NCBI GenBank assembly: GCA_965261755.1
Contig: OZ253473.1
Span: 225,175-289,174, forward strand
Length of the DNA: 64,000 nt
From: Nitrospirales bacterium
GTDB taxonomy: Bacteria > Nitrospirota > Nitrospiria > Nitrospirales > UBA8639
Direction of reading: 5' to 3'
Shown here piece by piece: positions 58,044-64,000 of this stretch. Below the pieces are notes generated by a model that was given only the letters and a program-made list of their open reading frames with translations, was not told the DNA's origin and did no database searches. Position 1 is the first letter of the stretch. Every line of letters begins with the position of its first letter. The position numbers were made by a program, and so were the translations under genes.

Positions 58044-58250
58044 ATGAAGAGCAGCAAAAGAGCGCTCAGACGCCACCAGAAAGCCAGGGTCAAAGCCAAA
58101 GCACGCCGTGTCTATCCGCACGACAGGGAGGCGAAGAGCGCAGACCACCTTGCGGTGTGTTCCTGTTGGATGTGTGGCAATCCGCGCAAGTGGTACGGCG
58201 AGCCAACAATACAAGAGCGGAAGGCGTCGCTAGATGAAGCTGCCATGTAA
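58044..58250 (+). CDS. Small basic hypothetical protein with a CSCWMCGNPRK motif
   Basis: ORF of 68 aa with a Lys/Arg-rich N-terminus. The cysteine motif suggests a small zinc-binding protein. I cannot name a family. Confidence 0.45.
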   Translation: MKSSKRALRRHQKARVKAKARRVYPHDREAKSADHLAVCSCWMCGNPRKWYGEPTIQERKASLDEAAM

Positions 58251-58295
58251 TCCGTGAACGGAAAGAGAAGACATTTTACTCAGGAGGAAGACATT

Positions 58296-59310
58296 ATGTC
58301 AGAACACGTTAATTGCTTTGTCTTTCGCACGGCGAACGATTCTTTCGTCAGGCAAGAATTGCAAAAAGGCCGTTTGTGTCAGGGCTGGTCGCCTCCGGGC
58401 ACTTCTCTTCTGGATGCCAATGGCACGCCACGTACCAGGGAGGCATGGGAAAATGCATACAGGGATGTGTGGGGAGAGGACCCTAGCCCTCGACGGACGC
58501 GGGATACTGCGCCGTATGCTGGTTATGAAGGAAGGAGATCTGGTTGTCTGCCCCAAGGTGCCAGACTACAGTTGCTTTACGATTGCCACGGTGAGTGATC
58601 CCTATCGATTTGAAGTGGCTTCTGACCAAGAAGACTTCGGGCATATTATTTCCGTGACAGACCAGCGTGAGGTTAATAACTGGTATGACGGCGATGCCCA
58701 AACAATTCATGAGTTGTTTAAAAGCGCGTATTTCCGTTCACCGGTTACCAAGGTCCAAGACTCCAATAGAGAACGCGTTCTTGAAGCCACGGGAAGGTTG
58801 AGGGAAGAGCAAGATACACGCACTGCTCAAATCCCTGATGCCATCAGGCAACAGCGCTACGCGGAGGCTAGAAGGGAAGCCGCAAAGCACTTAATAAAAT
58901 ACGTCAACGAAAGCTGGGGGTTTGACCAGTTTGAGGCCGCAGTAGGAGAAGCTTTCGTGCGAAAAGGATATGAACACATCGGAGGGAAGAGTCAACATGG
59001 GGATGTTGGTGCAGATGCGGATCATGTGTTCTCCATGCCCATGCCAGGCTTTGAGGACTTGGATAACGTGAATTGCCCTCTATATTTACTCATTGTGCAG
59101 GTCAAGCACAAAAATCAAGGAGAAGTAGATCCTAATGACGAGGATGGGGTAGATCAATTGATCAGATGGCAGCCTAGTGAAGAACAGCAGGTAGTGTCCA
59201 GAGTGTTGTTCAGCAGCGCGGACAGTTTCACTGAGAATTGCGAAAAGCTTGCTGAAGAGAATGATGTCACGCTGATTTGCGGCGAAGAGGCAGGGCTTTT
59301 CATGCTCTAA
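58296..59310 (+). pseudogene. Mrr-cat (PD-(D/E)xK) restriction-endonuclease-like gene, apparently split by a frameshift near 58480-58510
   Basis: The N-terminal part (MSEHVNCFVFRT...AYRDVWGEDPSP, after AGGAGG) is in frame 0. The remainder (ILRRMLVMKEGDLVVCPK ... FEAAVGEAFVRKGYEHIGGKSQHGDVGADADHVF ... LLIVQVKHK) is in frame +1. The two frames overlap at 58318-58598. Confidence 0.55.
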
Positions 59311-59440
59311 AGTCGTGCCACTGTCGTCGGGGACAGGGCTTGTTCCCGGTCTGATCAAGAATCTATCGGTGAGGAGGTCATGGCTTTCTCTTCCTGTTCT
59401 TCGTGACGTGTTGTGCCAGTTGTCCATCCTTGACGTTTGG

Positions 59441-59588
59441 CATCATTGTTTATTTTTTTACAGTTCTTGCAATATTTTATTTTATTAAAGTTTGCAATAA
59501 ATTGTACAATGTTTATATTTCGTAAAGTTTTTTACATTTTGTATGGTTTGTAAAGTTTTTTACATTTATTAATATTTTAAAAACTAGC
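59441..59588. repeat. Extremely AT-rich tract with two 18-nt palindromic direct repeats (iteron/operator-like)
   Basis: GTAAAGTTTTTTACATTT occurs at 59522-59539 and 59550-59567 (28-bp period), each embedding TGTAAA/TTTACA half sites. TTGCAATA occurs twice at about 59467 and 59492. Line 59461-59520 hand-counts to about 18% GC. Confidence 0.7.
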
Positions 59589-59691
59589 GCCTGTCAAAGC
59601 AGATTCTTCCCTTCGCTTAGTTTCTTCCAGAACCTTCGCGTTGCTCAGGAATCCCTCACCGCCTGCACACCACGAGATGAAAAGAAAGAGA

Positions 59692-59776
59692 CCCTGGATT
59701 CCCGCGTTCGCGAGAATGACAGATAAAACAAAGGCAAAGACTCTGGATCCTCGATTAAAAATGTCGAGGATGACAG
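59692..59776. repeat. Two REP-like hairpin units, CTGGAT-stem-loop-stem-ATGACAG
   Basis: CCCTGGATTCCCGCGTTCGCGAGAATGACAG and CTCTGGATCCTCGATTAAAAATGTCGAGGATGACAGG, read directly. Confidence 0.7.
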
Positions 59777-59852
59777 GAGAGGTAGTCGGGAATACAGAAG
59801 GGGGGCTTATTTCGTATCAATGACTACTGTCGTCAGGACAGACGGTCTGGTG

Positions 59853-60344
59853 TCATTCACTCGGTCTGGTGGGCAGGATAAAGTCGTTCTCAAACACCTT
59901 GTAGGGTGCCGCGGACAGGCCGACGTGCGCATAGACTCCCTGGGCCACGGCGTTGTCCTGTTCCACGTATAAACGAATGCCGGCGACGTTTCCCTGGCGT
60001 TCTGCTTCCTGTAATACGTAGTCGTACAACGTTTTGAACACGCCGTGTCGTCTCCATTCTTTTTGGACGTACACGCTTTGCAGCCACCAGAAGACCGCAT
60101 TCCGCCAATCGCTCCATTCAAAGGTGATCAGCAACTGCCCGATCGTCCGCCCGGTGAGCCGGTGCTCCATCACCACGTAGAACCCCTTGGCGGAGTCGGC
60201 CAGTATCGATTCCACGCCGGCCTGGAGCAGGGCCCGTTCCAATTGTCTGCCCTCCGTTTCCCATGCGAGCGCCATGTTAAACGTGACTAACGACTCAAGA
60301 TCACGGGGTTCGGCCAACCGGATATGGAAATCTGAATGGTTCAT
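59853..60344 (-). CDS. GNAT-family N-acetyltransferase
   Basis: Acetyl-CoA motif A VYVQKEWRRHGVFKTLY. The size of 163 aa fits. Confidence 0.8.
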   Translation of the reverse strand: MNHSDFHIRLAEPRDLESLVTFNMALAWETEGRQLERALLQAGVESILADSAKGFYVVMEHRLTGRTIGQLLITFEWSDWRNAVFWWLQSVYVQKEWRRHGVFKTLYDYVLQEAERQGNVAGIRLYVEQDNAVAQGVYAHVGLSAAPYKVFENDFILPTRPSE

Positions 60345-60500
60345 GGTCTGACCATGGAAATTTGTCCAGTACTGCCTCAGTCTCTACCTCCCCTTCGCCC
60401 CTCCTGATCCTTCGCTACGCTCAGGACAGGCAAAGGAGGGGAACAGAAGAAGTGGCCCTGCCTCCTAGTCGAAGAGGGAGATGCCTTTCCCGAGACAAGC

Positions 60501-61142
60501 CTAGGGAAGCGGTCGGACGTGAGGTTCGACTGCCAGCCACCCCCGAGGCGGTTGATACAGCCCCGCGGAGAATTCCAATTTCATGGCCTCTTCGGGACGC
60601 AGCTTGACGCGGTGGACCTTCGATTCCCCCACGAAAGCCAAATAGCCCGTAAAGGGGTGAATGGCCGTCGGCACAAACACCATGATGAGTGAATCGTCTT
60701 TGGCAATTTGGAGCATCCCGGGTGCGGTGCCCATCAGAAATCCGATCGCCCACAAGCCGGTGCGGGGAAACGGAAACACGACCACCGTACTTTGGCCGAA
60801 TCGTTCCCGGAATTGAAACACGTCGGTCATCCCCTTGAGTGTGTAATAGATACTTCTCACCAAGGGTATCCGTTCGAACAGTTCGTCCACCTTTTTCACG
60901 AATCGTTGCCCGACGAGGCGAGTTCCCAGCATCCCCGACCCCAAAATGACCAGGAGTAACAGCGCAATCCCCGCTCCCGGAATTTCAAACGTCATCACGG
61001 GGCCCAGCAGATCCACCCACAGGCCATCCAACGTCACGAACAAGGTGGACAGAATCAGGAAGGTTCCCCAAGCCGGGACGACAACAAATAATCCCGCGAC
61101 GAAATATCGTTTGAGTTGATGAAGTCGACTGCGCTTCTCCAT
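60501..61142 (-). CDS. DUF502-domain membrane protein
   Basis: LKRYFVAGLFVVVPAWGTFLIL, then IPLVRSIY and PTAIHPFTGYL are typical DUF502 blocks. Confidence 0.75.
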   Translation of the reverse strand: MEKRSRLHQLKRYFVAGLFVVVPAWGTFLILSTLFVTLDGLWVDLLGPVMTFEIPGAGIALLLLVILGSGMLGTRLVGQRFVKKVDELFERIPLVRSIYYTLKGMTDVFQFRERFGQSTVVVFPFPRTGLWAIGFLMGTAPGMLQIAKDDSLIMVFVPTAIHPFTGYLAFVGESKVHRVKLRPEEAMKLEFSAGLYQPPRGWLAVEPHVRPLP

Positions 61143-61273
61143 TCGTCACGTCCAACCGGAACACACGCCCGTTAACCCTGACTCCCTTGCGTCGCCTTGC
61201 AATCCATCGACGTATTGACTAGTGTATGAAAGACCTCAGTGGAAAACAACCACACAAACGGGAAAGAAATCTG

Positions 61274-61564
61274 ATGAGTCCTGACAGCGATTCAGCCCAG
61301 GCGATGCCTCTCGATCCAGCGCTTCTGGAAATTTTATGTTGCCCGGAGACCAAGCAGGCGATGACGCTCCTGGATGCCGCCTCCCTCGAAATCCTGAACC
61401 GAAAAATTGCGAATGGGGAAGTGCAGAATACGGGGGGGAACCTAGTGAAAGAGCCACTCGATGGCGGGTTGATCCGAAGCGATAAAAAGGTCACCTATCC
61501 GATCAGGGAAACGATTCCGATCATGCTCATCGAGGAAGGGATCCCCATCGACGGCATCCTGTAA
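61274..61564 (+). CDS. Trm112-family (UPF0434/YcaR-like) small protein
   Basis: LDPALLEILCCPETKQAM ... YPIRETIPIMLIEEGIPI. Confidence 0.75.
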   Translation: MSPDSDSAQAMPLDPALLEILCCPETKQAMTLLDAASLEILNRKIANGEVQNTGGNLVKEPLDGGLIRSDKKVTYPIRETIPIMLIEEGIPIDGIL

Positions 61565-61610
61565 GCCGGAGACTTCTTCTCACGTCACTTCCCAAGCCGG
61601 CTCTCTCGCG

Positions 61611-61859
61611 TCAGGCCTGTTCCTGCGAATCGGAGGCTCGCTCACCCCTCCATAACCACCACACCGAGCGAAGCAACTGGATACACACGTAGACGGAGAG
61701 AGCGAGTAATAAGCCATACAGCCACAGATTCCTGGCTGGCCATTGTTCCGGCGCGTGCAGCAAGAGGGCCAAGGCGATATGCCCTCCCAGGCCAAGACAG
61801 ATGGCGAAAATAATCCACTCCCTTATCCAGCGTGACTTGAATCTGTCAGCGGCAAACAT
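61611..61859 (-). CDS. Small 2-TM membrane protein, hypothetical
   Basis: Two hydrophobic segments: WIIFAICLGLGGHIALALLL and LWLYGLLLALSVYVCIQLL. Confidence 0.45.
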   Translation of the reverse strand: MFAADRFKSRWIREWIIFAICLGLGGHIALALLLHAPEQWPARNLWLYGLLLALSVYVCIQLLRSVWWLWRGERASDSQEQA

Positions 61860-61947
61860 TAAGTCCTCTCCGTCAGGACGGCACGGGGTCCGTCCCCTAT
61901 ATGAGGGGGGGACATGCCGCCCGGAAATGCCGGCACCATGGAACCCG

Positions 61948-62316
61948 TTAGACCGGGCTCTTGGCCGATTCGATTTCCGTGGCCGTAATCAAACTCGTGA
62001 GGTAATCGGTCACGAAGATCAGCGCTTCTTCTCTTCCATCAGCCCTCCTGCCCTTTTCTCGTCGTTGGACGGACAATTCATGCTCAAGATCAGATTTGAC
62101 GTCGCCTAGCAATTTGTGCAGGGAAGCTGTAGTGAGATTCTGGTCCACGTCTTCAAATTCCTGGCATCGATCAAGCACCCAATTGAGCCCTTCCACTCGC
62201 CCCAAATACCGATCGTGGTCAGCCGAATCAATTCGAGACATGATCGTGGAAAACGCCTGTGCTTCATAGATCAGGTTGTAAAAACTTGCCATCGCTCGAT
62301 GTAAAGTTGAGTTCAT
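61948..62316 (-). CDS. Hypothetical protein
   Basis: ATG 62316 lies 4 nt after a perfect AGGAGG. No motif recognised. Confidence 0.5.
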   Translation of the reverse strand: MNSTLHRAMASFYNLIYEAQAFSTIMSRIDSADHDRYLGRVEGLNWVLDRCQEFEDVDQNLTTASLHKLLGDVKSDLEHELSVQRREKGRRADGREEALIFVTDYLTSLITATEIESAKSPV

Positions 62317-62362
62317 TGTACCTCCTAAATTCCTCCTAAAAAACCGGGCTCCGGACAACGGG

Positions 62363-62746
62363 TCAGGTAAACAATAACGGATGAAATTCTGCCATAAAGC
62401 CGTAATACAGGGGAGCAAACTCCTGCAAGCTGTGGGGACTGGTTTCCTTTAAGCGTTTAAAAAAGAAAATCTGCTGACGGGCATCAATTTGATCGAGAAT
62501 GGCCGAAAGCTGGGTGATGGAAATTGATTTCGAGGGGATGCTCAACACATAATGAACCAACCGTTCGACAAATTGTTGAGTCACGTACTCCGTCCTGAGA
62601 TACTCATCGGGTACCTTCCCGGTTTCCAGGAGTTCCCAAAAGGGAATGGCCCGGGCTGAAAAAGGAACGGGATCAGGAGGAGAGATAGAGACGGCAGGGG
62701 GGCCGTCCCCTATTGTGCTTGTGCGCTCTATTCCGGTTTCTCCCAT
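62363..62746 (-). CDS. Hypothetical protein
   Basis: ORF only, with a weak RBS. It is the first gene after the nxrB terminator. Confidence 0.4.
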   Translation of the reverse strand: MGETGIERTSTIGDGPPAVSISPPDPVPFSARAIPFWELLETGKVPDEYLRTEYVTQQFVERLVHYVLSIPSKSISITQLSAILDQIDARQQIFFFKRLKETSPHSLQEFAPLYYGFMAEFHPLLFT

Positions 62747-62873
62747 ATCTCAGGATCGCGTCTTTCGTCACGGTGTCTGGATGAGAGCAAAAACATTTCT
62801 TTAGGATACACCATTTAGAGAAGGAATCTAAGCAAATTTTTTGGGGGTCTCTTCTCGATATACGGTTTTTCAA

Positions 62874-62913
62874 CAAAAAAAAGCCGGAGGTCCGAAAACC
62901 TCCGGCTTTTTTT
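62874..62913 (-). terminator. Rho-independent (bidirectional-looking) terminator downstream of nxrB
   Basis: The 10-bp stem AGCCGGAGGT/ACCTCCGGCT (62882-62891 / 62898-62907) has a 6-nt loop. It is flanked by an A-run (62873-62882) and a T-run (62907-62913). On the minus strand the hairpin is followed by T8. Confidence 0.85.
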
Positions 62914-62931
62914 ACAAACCCTACCTGCTCC

Positions 62932-64000
62932 TTACAGCCAGGTAACGCGTTCGGCTGGCCGAACGTAAATCGGCTCTTCCACTTGCTGCCGGACGGCTTC
63001 CTTCCCGGACTTATTGAACCCTAACACGGTGTCGTTGTACATCTCGAACTTCCGCCCGTGTATTTGGGTCTCAAACACTTTCGGCCCAGGAATGATGTCA
63101 TACCGGAAGATAATTTGTTGGCTCGCTCTCCAGAGTTGGAGGACGGCTAACAATTCACGGCTCGGCACCAAGTACTTCTCGATCGCATTGTCCACGCCCG
63201 GCCCGAACATCTGCCGGATGTAGCCACGAGGCGCTTGCCGTGGGGGAATGTAAAACCCGTTCGGCTCCGTGCCCCATTGCGGGTACAGCGGTAACGCCAC
63301 CTGTTCCACCCGGATGGTGTAATACAGGGGGTTCCACCGATCTTCCGCCCACAGTCCATCCTCACCGATCTTGACGAGGTTCTGTAAGCGAATCTTACCC
63401 ACGCAGGCCGCCATACACCGGGTTTCCATCGGCTCTCCACCGGTGAGAGGATCTTTCCCCTCGACCCGCGGATAGCAGGCGATGCACTTCTCGGTCACCC
63501 GAGTCGTACCCCGATACATTGGCTTTTTGTATGGACATTGCTCCACGCACTTCTTGTATCCACGACACCGGTTCTGATCGATCAGCACAATCCCATCCTC
63601 CGGCCTCTTATAGATGGCTTTCCGCGGACAGGCGGCCAAACAACCCGGATACGTGCAATGGTTACAAATACGTTGAAGATAGAAGAAGTAGGTTTCATGT
63701 TCCGGCAAGCTGCTACCGGTCATGCGCCATGGTTCTTCCTTGGTAAACCCGGTCTTATCAATGCCTTCCACAATGGCGCGCATTGACGTGGCCGTGTCTT
63801 CATAAATATTGACAAAACGCCATTCTTGGTCCGTCGGTATGTACCCGATCGCTGCCTGGCCGACTTTCGCCCCGGCATCAAAAATCGTCATACCTTCGAA
63901 CACCCCATACGGCGCATGGTGTTTGCGGCCGACCCGCACGTTCCACACCTGCCCACCTGGGTTGACTTGTTCGATCAACTGCGTGATTTTCACATCGTAG
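62932..64000 (-). CDS. nxrB: Nitrite oxidoreductase / nitrate reductase-type beta subunit (4Fe-4S, NarH/NxrB family), 5' end beyond the window
   Basis: Ferredoxin cluster motifs CNHCTYPGCLAACP, CRGYKKCVEQCP and CIACYPRVEG...CMAACVG. The frame is still open at base 64000 (..YDVKITQ), and the N-terminal first Fe-S cluster segment expected for this family is missing. The GTG at 63993 is therefore not the real start. Confidence 0.7.
   Translation of the reverse strand, partial: YDVKITQLIEQVNPGGQVWNVRVGRKHHAPYGVFEGMTIFDAGAKVGQAAIGYIPTDQEWRFVNIYEDTATSMRAIVEGIDKTGFTKEEPWRMTGSSLPEHETYFFYLQRICNHCTYPGCLAACPRKAIYKRPEDGIVLIDQNRCRGYKKCVEQCPYKKPMYRGTTRVTEKCIACYPRVEGKDPLTGGEPMETRCMAACVGKIRLQNLVKIGEDGLWAEDRWNPLYYTIRVEQVALPLYPQWGTEPNGFYIPPRQAPRGYIRQMFGPGVDNAIEKYLVPSRELLAVLQLWRASQQIIFRYDIIPGPKVFETQIHGRKFEMYNDTVLGFNKSGKEAVRQQVEEPIYVRPAERVTWL

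Noticed and set aside
59380-59406. An 8-codon mini-ORF (MAFSSCSS*) with a perfect GAGGAGG RBS, a possible leader peptide.
   Set aside because: Nothing downstream on that strand could be regulated by it (AT-rich tract, hairpin repeats, then a convergent GNAT gene). It is probably a chance ORF.
1-64000. Scanned intergenic regions for tRNA, rRNA, tmRNA, RNase P and CRISPR arrays.
   Set aside because: No cloverleaf-compatible 70-90-nt segments, no rRNA-like conserved blocks and no regularly spaced direct repeats with unique spacers were seen. The repeats present are hairpin/REP-like, MITE-like or coding tandem repeats. tRNAscan-SE/Infernal would be needed to exclude small RNAs rigorously.

Overview
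The window is a roughly 55-60% GC bacterial chromosome segment. It is probably Nitrospira-like, an inference from the NxrB/NarH-type beta subunit at the right edge and from the recurring hairpin repeat families. Most of it is ordinary housekeeping. This includes pabB-pabC, nadB, an MsbA-like ABC exporter, dapL, folK, panC, ogt, a family-5 UDG, tal, pgl, gcvP and gcvT at separate sites, HU, an FKBP PPIase and a TPP decarboxylase. Two type II TA pairs are present: VapC with a Phd-like antitoxin, and DUF5615 with DUF433. Two visibly AT-richer islets interrupt this background (single 60-nt lines hand-counted at about 38-47% GC) and are the best candidates for undescribed systems. (1) At 11650-15004 (minus strand) there is a tightly coupled three-gene cassette. 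It encodes a beta-class SPPY DNA methyltransferase, a 623-aa ABC/AAA_15-21-type ATPase with an unrecognised N-terminal domain of about 235 aa, and a PtuB/TIR02646-like HNH protein (TIGR02646 family) whose zinc-binding cysteines are largely lost. This looks like a Septu-like module fused to a modification enzyme. (2) At 17631-20460 an islet is bounded by decayed rhuM and dinD remnants. It carries a 3-TM small protein translationally coupled to a ThsB/DUF1863-type TIR-like protein that has its own C-terminal TM helix, followed by a DUF3800 protein. No ThsA-like partner is present. Other notable items follow. An intact IS1595-family element (25073-26764, 21-nt IRs, 8-bp TSD) carries three extra small ORFs and splits a PhoX/DUF839-like gene, whose pre-insertion sequence can be rebuilt in frame. 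A roughly 142-bp palindromic MITE-like element occurs twice. A 31-aa bS22-like basic mini-protein and an edge-truncated surface lipoprotein are both missing from the ORF track. There is also an arsM-arsS pair, a 2OG-oxygenase next to a Cys/Thr-type hydroxyproline dehydratase, a frameshifted Mrr-like endonuclease, and an 18%-GC iteron-like tract. I found no rRNA, tRNA or CRISPR array by eye. All domain calls come from motif recognition by reading, not from searches.
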